DNA of 64,000 nt from an uncultured Eubacteriales bacterium (GTDB lineage Bacteria > Bacillota > Clostridia > Oscillospirales > CAG-272), in contig CAKSSY010000002.1 of NCBI GenBank assembly GCA_934489945.1, positions 14,002 through 78,001 of the forward strand, read 5' to 3'. How positions within the stretch are numbered: the first letter of the stretch is position 1; the number at the start of each line of letters is the position of its first letter. Positions 18,017 through 28,288 of this stretch are shown piece by piece. Under the pieces are notes generated by a model, which was given only the letters and a program-made list of their open reading frames with translations, did no database searches and had not been told where the DNA came from. Position numbers and translations under genes: made by a program.

Positions 18017-20243
18017 CTTTCATATCGCCTCCCAAATGAAACCCCAGACCTGTATAACGCAAAGCATGACGATCATTCGACACCATAGTAGCAATCACAT
18101 CGGTCTTGCCAACCAGAATCACCATTTTTTGTGCCCGCGTCACCGCCGTGTACAACAAATTCCGTGTCAGAAGCATCGGTGCCGCAGAGTACATCGGAAT
18201 AATCACGACAGGATACTCACTACCCTGACTTTTGTGAACCGTAATCGCGTATGCGTGTTCCAGTTCTTCCAACATCGAAAACTCGTACTGCACCAAGCGA
18301 TCGTCGAAAAAAATGTCCATGATCTTTTCCGACGGTCTTATGCTCCGTATTTCGCCGATATCGCCGTTAAAGATTCCCGTCCCCTTCCGGTTCCCGCGTT
18401 CCCATTCGATTTCATAGTTATTGCGGATTTGCATCACCTTGTCTCCGACACGAAAGAGACGGTCGCGAAACATATATTCCGTCTTGTCAGCCGCCTTCGG
18501 ATTGAGAACGCCCTGAAGAAGGCGATTGAGAGAATCGGTTCCACCCTCTCCGCGACGCGATGGAGTAATGACCTGGATCCGGTTCACAATGTCCGCACCA
18601 TATGCCTTGGGCAGGCGATTGCGGCACAAATCGGCGACTGTCGAAGCAATGGAGGCGTCTGTTTCGCGCGAAATAAAGAAAAAATCATTATCCCCCACAT
18701 TCAAAATCGGCATCTCCCCGACGTTAATCCGATGTGCGTTTGTGACAATCAGACTTTTCTGCGCCTGTCGAAACACCTCGGTCAACTCCACCGTAGAAAA
18801 CCTTCCCCCTGCGATCATGTCATGAAGAACATTTCCCGCACCGACCGAGGGCAACTGATCGGCATCTCCAATGAGAATCAGACGGGCACCCGGTTTGATC
18901 GCCCTCAAAAGCGCATACATCAGATAGGTGTCTGCCATGGAAAATTCGTCAACGATGATAACATTCTCGTCCAGAAAATTGTGTTCATTCCGTAAGAAAA
19001 CCGACTCATCGTTTTTCTCATGGCTGAATTCCAACAAACGATGAATGGTTTTCGCCTCACTGCAAGTCGATTCCGACAGTCGTTTTGCCGCACGTCCCGT
19101 AGGGGCAGCAAGCGCGATCTTCATATCCATGCTGAGGAAAATGCGAAGCAACGCTCTCACCACAGTGGTTTTTCCCGTTCCGGGCCCCCCCGTCAGGATC
19201 ATCACACCACTCGACATAGCATCCACAATCGCCTTTCTCTGCAATGCGGCATATGCCAGATGGCTGCTTTTTTCTTCACGTTCGATAAATCGCCCAATCT
19301 CCTGTATATCGGCACAGATACAGGTTTTGTCCAAAAGCATCAACTTGTCGGCAATAAATTTCTCACACTCGTATGTATGTGCGTCAAAAATGTATTTTTC
19401 CCCGTCAACTGTCATAGAAACAAACAACCCTGCACGAATCAATCCGGTAATCGTCTGTCGGATTTTTTCTCCGTCAACCCCCAGTACACGCGAAGAAGCC
19501 ATAATCAGCTTGTCCTCGGGCAAACAGGTATGACCGTTCTGCACCATGTTGTGTGTCAGAACATGACGCACTCCGCCCCTCAAACGCTCAGGCGAATCCG
19601 TATCAAATCCGAGACTGCCGGCAAAGCTGTCAACCTTTTCAAAGCCTATTCCCTCGATTTCGTCACAAAGAATATAGGGATTTTTCCCGGCAAGCTCCAC
19701 GGCATTGGCTCCCCACTTCTGATAGATTCTGACCGTTGCCGCCGCGCCGAAAGCATCACGGAAAAACAACATGGCAGAACGCATTCCCGCTTTGGCTTTG
19801 AAGTCCTCCGCAATTTCCAATGCTTTTTTTCGCGAAACGCCGTTGACCTGCGCCAACCATTCCGGGTGATTTTCCATAACCGAAAACGTATCGGGACCGA
19901 ATTCCTTTACAATTCTTGCCGCCAGTTTCGGACCGATTCCCTTGATTACGCCGGAAGCAAGATAGCGAAGCATCGCCGTCTCATCTGCAGGAAGAACAGA
20001 CTCGTACTCCGTCACCGAAAATTGCGTTCCGTACTTGGGATTATGTACCCACTTGCCGTAGACCGTCAGCGTATCGCCCTCCGTCACATAAGGCAAGGTT
20101 CCCACAATGGTAATAACATCTCCCGCGTCAAGAAGGAAATCAAGAATGGCATAGCCGTTTTCCTCGTTGGAATAAACCACGCCCTCCACACTGCCGGTCA
20201 GCATTTCCAACGACTTTCGATCCTCCGACAGATTTCCGTCCAT
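18003..20243 (-). CDS. recD2: SF1B ATP-dependent RecD2-type DNA helicase
   Basis: 746 aa with Walker A (LTGGPGTGKTT), the DEFSM motif (IIVDEFSMADT) and C-terminal helicase motifs (AITVHKSQGSEYPVVII). Confidence 0.9.
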   Translation of the reverse strand: MDGNLSEDRKSLEMLTGSVEGVVYSNEENGYAILDFLLDAGDVITIVGTLPYVTEGDTLTVYGKWVHNPKYGTQFSVTEYESVLPADETAMLRYLASGVIKGIGPKLAARIVKEFGPDTFSVMENHPEWLAQVNGVSRKKALEIAEDFKAKAGMRSAMLFFRDAFGAAATVRIYQKWGANAVELAGKNPYILCDEIEGIGFEKVDSFAGSLGFDTDSPERLRGGVRHVLTHNMVQNGHTCLPEDKLIMASSRVLGVDGEKIRQTITGLIRAGLFVSMTVDGEKYIFDAHTYECEKFIADKLMLLDKTCICADIQEIGRFIEREEKSSHLAYAALQRKAIVDAMSSGVMILTGGPGTGKTTVVRALLRIFLSMDMKIALAAPTGRAAKRLSESTCSEAKTIHRLLEFSHEKNDESVFLRNEHNFLDENVIIVDEFSMADTYLMYALLRAIKPGARLILIGDADQLPSVGAGNVLHDMIAGGRFSTVELTEVFRQAQKSLIVTNAHRINVGEMPILNVGDNDFFFISRETDASIASTVADLCRNRLPKAYGADIVNRIQVITPSRRGEGGTDSLNRLLQGVLNPKAADKTEYMFRDRLFRVGDKVMQIRNNYEIEWERGNRKGTGIFNGDIGEIRSIRPSEKIMDIFFDDRLVQYEFSMLEELEHAYAITVHKSQGSEYPVVIIPMYSAAPMLLTRNLLYTAVTRAQKMVILVGKTDVIATMVSNDRHALRYTGLGFHLGGDMKGVER

Positions 20244-20265
20244 TCAATCCCCTCCTTTTCACAGT

Positions 20266-20577
20266 CTAACTCTTTTTCTTTTCTGCCACAATGTGATAAC
20301 GGATATGCCGTCTGTCCAACAGTTCCGTCAGTTCTTTAGTAGCAAGTTCTTCCATAATCAAAACAGATATACGGCTGTCTTCTCGAACAAAATACGCACT
20401 TTTCGCCTCATCCAGATACATTTCGATCTGATCCGCCACTTCTCTTGAATCCACATCAACCGTCATATGTATTTTGTCACTCCGAAAACAGGTTTCCTCA
20501 ATGGCGTGAGCAAATGAATAAAGTCCGAAAACCGTAAAAACCGCCGTAAAAATTTTCAAAACAATCTCAACGTACAT
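20266..20577 (-). CDS. hypothetical small membrane-anchored protein
   Basis: 103 aa with one N-terminal TM helix (IVLKIFTAVFTVFGLYSFA) and an acidic soluble tail. I recognise no motif. Confidence 0.5.
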   Translation of the reverse strand: MYVEIVLKIFTAVFTVFGLYSFAHAIEETCFRSDKIHMTVDVDSREVADQIEMYLDEAKSAYFVREDSRISVLIMEELATKELTELLDRRHIRYHIVAEKKKS

Positions 20578-20623
20578 ATTCCGCCCTCCCTAACAAAGAG
20601 GATATGCACCTCAGGATAAAATG

Positions 20624-21808
20624 TCAGTCCAAAAGCTCCGCACGAAGCAACGGGGCAAGGTCTTTCTTTTCCCACGCAACGTCAAGGTCTTCCCGCCCCA
20701 TGTGCCCGTAAGCGGCGAGGTCGGCGTAAATCGGACGGCGAAGATCAAACTTTTCAATAATTGCAGCCGGACGCAAATCCACATACTTTGCCACCGCATC
20801 GGCAATTCTGCCTTCGTCAACCTTGGCAGTCCCAAATGTATCGATCAGAACCGAAACGGGCTTGGCTACACCAATGGCGTAAGCCACCTGAACCTCGCAC
20901 TTTTCGGCAAGACCCGCCGCCACAATGTTTTTGGCAACATAGCGTGCGGCATAGGATGCCGAACGGTCAACCTTGGTCGGATCCTTGCCGGAAAAGGCGC
21001 CGCCGCCGTGGCGGGAATAGCCGCCGTAGGTATCCACAATAATTTTTCTGCCTGTCAATCCCGTATCTCCCGCAGGTCCGCCAACCACAAAGCGACCGGT
21101 CGGATTCACATAAATTTTAGTATCGTCATCAAGGAGTTCGGCGGGAATCGTCGTCCGGATCACCTCACGGATAACGTCCTCTCGGATCACAGATAACTCC
21201 ACATCAGCACTGTGCTGGGAAGAGATCACAACCGTATCGATCCGACTCGGTTTGTCGTCGTGATATTCCACCGTTACCTGAGTTTTTCCGTCCGGACGAA
21301 GATAACTCAAGGTTCCGTTCCGACGAACCTCAGTCAGCTTCTTGGCAAGTTTGTGTGCCAATGAAATCGGAAGCGGCATCAACTCGGGCGTTTCATTGCA
21401 AGCAAAGCCAAACATCAGTCCTTGGTCTCCCGCACCGGTATCATATCGATCGGTGATTTCACCGCTCTTGGTTTCGAGTGACTTGTCCACGCCGAGAGCA
21501 ATGTCGGGCGACTGTTCATGAATGGAATTAAGAACCGCACAACTGTCACAGTCAAAACCATACTTGGCTCTGTCGTAACCGATCTTGCGAATGGTCTCGC
21601 GAACGATTCCCTGAATATCCACATAAGCCTTGGTCGTAATTTCTCCCATAACCATTACGAGACCTGTCGTGCAGGTTGTTTCGCAAGCGACACGGGACAT
21701 AGGATCCTGACGCAGAAATTCGTCAAGAAGACTGTCAGATATTTTGTCACAAATTTTATCGGGATGTCCTTCCGTCACCGATTCACTTGTAAAAAAGCTC
21801 TTTTTCAT
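20624..21808 (-). CDS. metK: methionine adenosyltransferase (SAM synthetase)
   Basis: 394 aa with the motifs [19 protein letters not shown] and GGGAFSGKD. Confidence 0.95.
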   Translation of the reverse strand: MKKSFFTSESVTEGHPDKICDKISDSLLDEFLRQDPMSRVACETTCTTGLVMVMGEITTKAYVDIQGIVRETIRKIGYDRAKYGFDCDSCAVLNSIHEQSPDIALGVDKSLETKSGEITDRYDTGAGDQGLMFGFACNETPELMPLPISLAHKLAKKLTEVRRNGTLSYLRPDGKTQVTVEYHDDKPSRIDTVVISSQHSADVELSVIREDVIREVIRTTIPAELLDDDTKIYVNPTGRFVVGGPAGDTGLTGRKIIVDTYGGYSRHGGGAFSGKDPTKVDRSASYAARYVAKNIVAAGLAEKCEVQVAYAIGVAKPVSVLIDTFGTAKVDEGRIADAVAKYVDLRPAAIIEKFDLRRPIYADLAAYGHMGREDLDVAWEKKDLAPLLRAELLD

Positions 21809-21834
21809 AGTTTCCTTTCCCGGCGGAAGCCGTC

Positions 21835-21955
21835 AAAAAATCCCCCGTCACCGAGGGATTAACCGAAAAAGTCTCATCTCTCGGGAATTAGCACCTTGCA
21901 AAATGCAGGTTGCCGGGCTTCACAGTGCCAGTCACTCCGCCACTCTTGATAAGAT
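21835..21955 (-). promoter_or_regulatory. SAM-I (S-box) riboswitch with terminator, leader of metK
   Basis: The minus strand reads CTTATCAAGAGTGGCGGAGTGACTGGCACTGTGAAGCCCGGCAACCTGCATTTTGCAAGGTGCTAATTCCCGAGAGATGAGAC (21953-21871), matching the S-box consensus. It is followed by ATCCCTCGGTGACGGGGGAT plus TTTTTT. Confidence 0.9.
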
Positions 21956-21970
21956 TATTATAATATATAT

Positions 21971-21999
21971 AGTATATCACAGTATGTTTCTTTTTTCAA
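21971..21999 (-). promoter_or_regulatory. sigma-A-type promoter for the SAM riboswitch-metK transcript
   Basis: The minus strand reads TTGAAA (21999-21994), a 17-nt spacer, then TATACT (21976-21971), just upstream of the riboswitch P1. Confidence 0.55.
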
Positions 22000-22028
22000 G
22001 ACTTTTCGCACTTTTTTTACAATAGCAC

Positions 22029-22730
22029 TTACGACTTCCGAAACAACTGAAAATGTCCGTTCAAAACCAGGATCATCAAAAGAATACAAACCACAACCAC
22101 CGCAATACCGCCAATCAAACGAATAATCGATTTGCGATCATGGACATAGGTTCGCGGTTCACCGCCGGCAACATGAATCCGGCGAAGCGCGTTGGAGAGA
22201 GGTTTGTACAAAACAAACACAATAGCCGCATTTGCCACCGCCTTGATGGCATTAAAAGGCAATAATAAAGGCAATAACATTTTGTACACCGCCTCCACGG
22301 GAACCTGATAATAAATCGGAGTAACAAAAATATTCAGAACCATCATCACACAGATCACACTGACAACCGAACCGCAAAGTCCGGCGATCGCGCCGCCAAA
22401 AGTCTTTTTCAAGTGCGGAGCACTGTGATAGATCAGGCTGGCAACCGAGGAAAAGACAGCACTGCTCACAAAGTTCATGAGAAAGCCCCACGGACCGGTT
22501 CCGCTAATCGTAATCATTTCCACCAAAGACACGACAAAAGAAATCAGGATACCATGCAAAGGTCCGAAAATCATAGCGGCAACTGTGATAATTGCATCCT
22601 TGACATCAAAAGTCAGAAAACCGCCGATTCCGCCGATTCTCATTACAAACAACGAAATATAGGCAATTGCCGCAAACATAGCAAGTGCCAGAATTTGTCT
22701 GATATTGTATTTCTTCGCTCTACCGTTCAT
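22029..22730 (-). CDS. ribU: ECF-transporter substrate-specific (S) component, predicted riboflavin transporter
   Basis: About 233 aa with 5-6 TM helices, typical of an ECF S-component. The substrate is assigned from the FMN riboswitch immediately upstream. The start is uncertain (ATG at 22730 or GTG at 22745). Confidence 0.75.
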   Translation of the reverse strand: MNGRAKKYNIRQILALAMFAAIAYISLFVMRIGGIGGFLTFDVKDAIITVAAMIFGPLHGILISFVVSLVEMITISGTGPWGFLMNFVSSAVFSSVASLIYHSAPHLKKTFGGAIAGLCGSVVSVICVMMVLNIFVTPIYYQVPVEAVYKMLLPLLLPFNAIKAVANAAIVFVLYKPLSNALRRIHVAGGEPRTYVHDRKSIIRLIGGIAVVVVCILLMILVLNGHFQLFRKS

Positions 22731-22756
22731 AAAAAAACAATCCACTCTTTCCGAAA

Positions 22757-22895
22757 GGAAAAATCCCCGAACGCCGGGGATATCCTACCTTCTTTTCTCA
22801 TCCGGACTTTACCGTCGGCACAGGAATCACACCTGTTCATGCTTTCGCTCGTGGGCTATACCACCGGTATTGGATTTTCACCAATCCCCAAAGTA
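22757..22895 (-). promoter_or_regulatory. FMN (RFN) riboswitch with terminator
   Basis: The minus strand reads GGGGATTGGTGAAAATCCAATACCGGTGGTATAGCCCACGAGCGAAAGCATGAACAGGTGTGATTCCTGTGCCGACGGTAAAGTCCGGATGAGAAAAGAAGG, matching the RFN consensus blocks. It is followed by ATCCCCGGCGTTCGGGGAT plus TTTTT. Confidence 0.9.
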
Positions 22896-23008
22896 TTCAA
22901 AAAACAAACAGAAAAATAATCGTTCAAACAACCTTTCAATACGCTCGATCAGAAAAACAGACAGTTGTCAACGCATTTCCAAAGGAAATGTCGCATAACC
23001 TCACACAG

Positions 23009-23300
23009 ATTCCATTATCGACACAATGCGCAAAGCCTTTTGTTCGCTTTTTAAAACAACGAACCGAGCAAAGTACAGACAGCCAAAAAGATTCGCACCG
23101 ACATAGCAAAACAACCAATCGTTTCCCCAATTTTTTAAGACAGCGTGCCGAATGAAGCACAAATTGTCAAAAAATTCGTGCCGACATAGTAAAACGGCCG
23201 ATCGTTTCCCCGTTTTTTAAGACAACGCGCCGAATGAAGCACAAATCGTCGAAAAGATTCGTGCCGACACAGCAAAACAATCAATTGCCCCCGCTACTCT
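23009..23300. repeat. 83-bp tandem direct repeat, about 3.5 copies, non-coding
   Basis: Units start at 23091, 23174 and 23257 (ATTCG(C/T)(A/G)CCGACA(T/C)AG...). The two central copies are near-identical (roughly 85-90% by eye). A degenerate copy precedes them at 23009-23090, and the last copy decays after about 35 nt. Confidence 0.85.
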
Positions 23301-23447
23301 TGTAAAAAGCGATGTACTTACCGATGAGTCCCATAGTCTGCTCTCAATCAGCAAGTTGCAAATCGATTCTCAAAAGATTTTTCTCTTTGACTCTTCGCAT
23401 TTCTTATTTGGCAAAGAAAAAGAGAAGAACCAATCTATACAATCTGT

Positions 23448-23477
23448 AATATACCCTGCATGAAATGGATTTGTCAA
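23448..23477 (-). promoter_or_regulatory. orphan near-consensus sigma-A promoter reading into the repeat array
   Basis: The minus strand reads TTGACA (23477-23472), an 18-nt spacer, then TATATT (23453-23448). There is no ORF with a Shine-Dalgarno sequence downstream before the FMN riboswitch, about 550 nt away. Confidence 0.45.
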
Positions 23478-23505
23478 GCAATACTTCCTATAAGAATTAG
23501 GTCGA

Positions 23506-23534
23506 ACGGAGCCGTTTCTTTGAAACGGCTCCGT
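23506..23534 (-). terminator. perfect 13-bp hairpin 14 nt after the tuf stop (non-canonical: the U-run lies 5' of the stem)
   Basis: ACGGAGCCGTTTC-ttt-GAAACGGCTCCGT. On the tuf strand the TTTTTT run precedes the stem, and only a mixed UCGACCUAAUUCUU sequence follows it. Confidence 0.45.
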
Positions 23535-23548
23535 AAAAAATGCTTCAA

Positions 23549-24754
<1,206 letters not shown>

Positions 24755-24797
24755 TTTGAATTTCCTCCGTTAAAAATTATTATTTCTGTAAATGGGA

Positions 24798-26924
24798 TCA
24801 GTTGTTCTTTGCACGAGCAGAGATAATGGAGTCCTGAATCGACTTCGGCACTTCTGCGAAGTGGCTGGGTTCCATTGTATACTGTGCACGTCCCTGAGAT
24901 TTAGAGCGCATATCCGTTGCATAACCGAACATTTCGGAAAGCGGTACGAAAGCAATCACTTCCGTAATGCCTCCGTTTCCGGGTTCCATCGACTGGATTG
25001 CACCGCGGCGAGAGTTGAAGTCGCCGATAATATCGCCGAGATACTCGTCGGGCGTAATCGTGGTAACCTTCATAATCGGCTCGGTAAGAACCGGATCTGC
25101 CAACTTCATTGCTTCCTTGAATGCCATGGAACCGGCAATCTTGAATGCCATTTCCGAGGAGTCGACCTCATGATAAGAACCGTCATAAAGTGTAACCTTT
25201 ACGTCAACGACATTGTAGCCAGCCAAAACACCGTTCTGCATAGCTCCCTGAATGCCCTGGTTGACAGGTTCAATGAATTCCTTCGGAATTGAACCACCGG
25301 TAACGGCGTTGATAAATTCATATCCCTTGCCCGGCTCATTTGGTTCAAGAATAATCTTGACATGACCGTACTGACCGGAACCACCGGACTGACGCTTATA
25401 TTTGCATTCATGGTCGACTCTCTTGCGAATCGTCTCTTTGTATGCAACCTGCGGCTTACCGATGTTTGCCTCAACCTTGAATTCACGAAGAAGTCTGTCT
25501 ACGATGATTTCCAAGTGAAGCTCACCCATACCGGCGATGATGGTCTGACCGGTTTCCTCATCGGTATAGGTTCTGAATGTGGGATCTTCCTCTGCGAGCT
25601 TGCCGAGTGCAATACCCATCTTTTCCTGACCGGCTCTGGTCTTGGGCTCGATGGCAACACGGATAACAGGCTCCGGGAACTCCATAGACTCAAGAATAAC
25701 AGGATGCGCTTCGTCACAGAAAGTATCACCGGTTGTGGTGTATTTTGTTGATACAACGGCGGCAATGTCGCCGGCGTAGCAAACATCAATATCCTTTCTG
25801 TCGTTGGCGTGCATCTGAAGAATACGTCCGAAACGTTCTCTCTTATCCTTGGTGGAGTTATACACGTTCGTACCAACTTCAACCTTTCCGGAGTAAACGC
25901 GGAAGAAGCAAAGTTTTCCGACAAACGGGTCAGTCATGATCTTGAAAGCAAGAGCAGAGAACGGCTCGGTATCGGAAGAGTGTCTGTCCTCTTCCTGCTC
26001 GGTTTCGGGGTTGATGCCGCGGATAGCGGGAATATCGGTAGGAGCGGGCATATAGTCAATAACGGCATCAAGAAGTTTCTGGACACCCTTATTCTTATAG
26101 GAAGTACCGCAAATAACGGGAACGATCTTGTTGGCGATTGTAGCAGCACGAAGTGCCTTCTTCAATTCAGCAACAGAAATCTCCTCACCGTTGCAGTATT
26201 TTTCAAAGAGTTCCTCATCGGTTTCGCAAATAGATTCCACCATTGCATCATGATACTCTTTTGCGAGATCCGTCATGTCAGCGGGAATCTCTTCGACTCT
26301 GACATCCTGACCGAGATCGTCATAATAGACATCTGCGTCCATTGTCATCAGGTCAACGACGCCCTTAAAGGAAAGCTCTTTTCCGATGGGAAGCTGAATC
26401 GGGACCGCATTGGCATGAAGTCTTTCTTTCAGCATTCTGACAGCACGAAAGAAGTCCGCACCGTTAATATCCATCTTATTGACGTAAACCATTCTCGGCA
26501 CGCCATACTTGTCCGCCTGTCTCCAGACGGTCTCCGACTGAGGCTCAACACCGCCCTTCGCACAAAGGACAGTGACTGCACCGTCAAGGACACGAAGTGA
26601 TCTCTGTACCTCTACAGTAAAGTCGACGTGACCGGGTGTATCAATGATATTGATACGGTGCATATTTGCCTTAGCCTTGACTGGGTCATTATGGTACTCG
26701 GAATGAGACCAGAAGCAGGTGGTTGCGGCAGACGTAATGGTAATACCGCGTTCCTGTTCCTGTGCCATCCAGTCCATAGTGGCTCCGCCTTCGTGTGTTT
26801 CACCAATCTTGTGAATCTTACCTGTATAGAACAGGATTCGTTCTGTGGTGGTCGTCTTACCGGCATCAATGTGAGCCATAATACCGATATTACGAGTGCG
26901 CTCAAGCGAATACTCTCTTGGCAT
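24798..26924 (-). CDS. fusA: translation elongation factor G
   Basis: 708 aa with the motifs [23 protein letters not shown] and NKMD. Confidence 0.97.
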   Translation of the reverse strand: MPREYSLERTRNIGIMAHIDAGKTTTTERILFYTGKIHKIGETHEGGATMDWMAQEQERGITITSAATTCFWSHSEYHNDPVKAKANMHRINIIDTPGHVDFTVEVQRSLRVLDGAVTVLCAKGGVEPQSETVWRQADKYGVPRMVYVNKMDINGADFFRAVRMLKERLHANAVPIQLPIGKELSFKGVVDLMTMDADVYYDDLGQDVRVEEIPADMTDLAKEYHDAMVESICETDEELFEKYCNGEEISVAELKKALRAATIANKIVPVICGTSYKNKGVQKLLDAVIDYMPAPTDIPAIRGINPETEQEEDRHSSDTEPFSALAFKIMTDPFVGKLCFFRVYSGKVEVGTNVYNSTKDKRERFGRILQMHANDRKDIDVCYAGDIAAVVSTKYTTTGDTFCDEAHPVILESMEFPEPVIRVAIEPKTRAGQEKMGIALGKLAEEDPTFRTYTDEETGQTIIAGMGELHLEIIVDRLLREFKVEANIGKPQVAYKETIRKRVDHECKYKRQSGGSGQYGHVKIILEPNEPGKGYEFINAVTGGSIPKEFIEPVNQGIQGAMQNGVLAGYNVVDVKVTLYDGSYHEVDSSEMAFKIAGSMAFKEAMKLADPVLTEPIMKVTTITPDEYLGDIIGDFNSRRGAIQSMEPGNGGITEVIAFVPLSEMFGYATDMRSKSQGRAQYTMEPSHFAEVPKSIQDSIISARAKNN

Positions 26925-26954
26925 AGATTGTTTCTCCTTTCAAGAATCGGTGAA

Positions 26955-27425
26955 TCAATATCTGTAATGTGCGAAAGCCTTGTTGGCTTCTGCCATTCTG
27001 TGTGTTTCTTCCTTCTTCTTGAAAGCACCGCCCATGCTGTTCTTTGCATCAACAATTTCTGCTGCAAGACGTTCAGCCATGGTGCGTTCGCCACGAGTTC
27101 TGGAATACGCAACAAGCCATCTCAGACCAAGGGTCTGGCGGCGTTCTGCTCTGACTTCCATGGGAACCTGATAGGTGGAGCCACCAACACGGCGAGCCTT
27201 AACCTCCAGCTTCGGCATGATGTTTTCGAGAGCTTCCTGGAACACTTCAAGAGCGTTCTGACCGGATTTTTCTTCCACGGTCTTGAAGGCATCGTAAACG
27301 ATAACCTGTGCAACGCCCTTCTTGCCGTCTTCCATCACGTTGTTAATCAGCTTGGTTACAATCTTGGAACCATACAACGGATCCGGCAATACATCTCTTT
27401 TGGAAATACGACCTCTTCTCGGCAC
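26955..27425 (-). CDS. rpsG: 30S ribosomal protein S7
   Basis: GTG start at 27425 preceded by AAGGAGGGAAGAACA, giving the 156-aa sequence (V/M)[20 protein letters not shown]... The ORF-track N-terminal extension is rejected. Confidence 0.93.
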   Translation of the reverse strand: MPRRGRISKRDVLPDPLYGSKIVTKLINNVMEDGKKGVAQVIVYDAFKTVEEKSGQNALEVFQEALENIMPKLEVKARRVGGSTYQVPMEVRAERRQTLGLRWLVAYSRTRGERTMAERLAAEIVDAKNSMGGAFKKKEETHRMAEANKAFAHYRY

Positions 27426-27577
27426 TGTTCTTCCCTCCTTCATAAAATAAATGAATTCACAGGTACTCAAAAGCATTCTTCTGCAAGCGCACGTCGTGGT
27501 CGGCATATAAACATTATCTATTCAATGCAACTCGGACGGGCAAACATTTTGCTTGATTCCCTCTTGAAACTCCCGGA

Positions 27578-27994
27578 TTACTTCTTTTTGGGAGCCTTTG
27601 CGCCGTACTTGGAACGGCTCTGCATCCGGTTCGCTACGCCCTGAGCGTCAAGCGTGCCGCGGATGATGTGGTAACGAACACCGGGCAGATCACGCACTCT
27701 TCCGCCTCTGATGAGAACGACAGAGTGTTCCTGCAGGTTGTGTCCGATGCCGGGAATATAGGTTGTAGCTTCCAAGCCGTTGGTCAGTCTGACTCTGGCA
27801 ATCTTACGAAGTGCAGAGTTCGGCTTTTTAGGGCTGGTAGTCGAAACCTTTGTGCAGACGCCTCTCTTCTGAGGAGAAGGCAGATTGGTAGCAACGTTAT
27901 CAAGTGTGTTGAAGCCCTTCTGAAGCACGGGTGCTTTGGACTTGTAGTTCTTGTCGCTGCGTCCCTGTCTGACAAGCTGGTTAAATGTTGGCAT
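27578..27994 (-). CDS. rpsL: 30S ribosomal protein S12
   Basis: [12 protein letters not shown]... 138 aa, with an AAGGAGG Shine-Dalgarno sequence 7 nt upstream of the ATG at 27994. Confidence 0.95.
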   Translation of the reverse strand: MPTFNQLVRQGRSDKNYKSKAPVLQKGFNTLDNVATNLPSPQKRGVCTKVSTTSPKKPNSALRKIARVRLTNGLEATTYIPGIGHNLQEHSVVLIRGGRVRDLPGVRYHIIRGTLDAQGVANRMQSRSKYGAKAPKKK

Positions 27995-28117
27995 GATTTT
28001 CCTCCTTCTTTGAATAATAATGTTTATATGCGTCGTCCGCCGCAAGGACGGACGTTACCGCCTTTTACGTTTCCGGAAAGTCGCCTTTTGAAGGCAATCC
28101 TTCCAAAAATTCATATT

Positions 28118-28146
28118 ATTATATCATTTTTGCGGCTTTTTGTCAA
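28118..28146 (-). promoter_or_regulatory. consensus sigma-A promoter of the rpsL-rpsG-fusA-tuf operon
   Basis: The minus strand reads TTGACA (28146-28141), a 17-nt spacer, then TATAAT (28123-28118), followed by a structured leader of about 115 nt. Confidence 0.7.
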
Positions 28147-28230
28147 GAATCCATAACCGTCGTGCACATTTTCTCCCTTTTACACAAAATGTCATCGCAT
28201 CGCAACGAATTTCTTGCACACATTGCAAAA

Positions 28231-28280
28231 GAACAGAAAAGTCTCATATCGGATGCCAACCCGTAAGACAGCATCCGATA
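28231..28280 (-). terminator. intrinsic terminator/attenuator after rpoC
   Basis: The minus strand reads TATCGGATGC-(14 nt)-GCATCCGATA followed by TGAGACTTTTCTGTTCTTTT. Confidence 0.6.
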
Positions 28281-28288
28281 CAACGCCG

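Noticed and set aside
22936-23160. 74-aa minus-strand ORF inside the tuf-ribU intergenic region.
   Set aside because: It overlaps the tandem repeats, so its length is repeat-driven. It has no Shine-Dalgarno sequence and its composition is Cys/Arg/Leu-rich.
23009-23300. Possibility that the 83-bp repeats are a CRISPR array.
   Set aside because: The repeats are directly contiguous with no unique spacers. The unit is far longer than a CRISPR repeat. No cas genes are present in the window.
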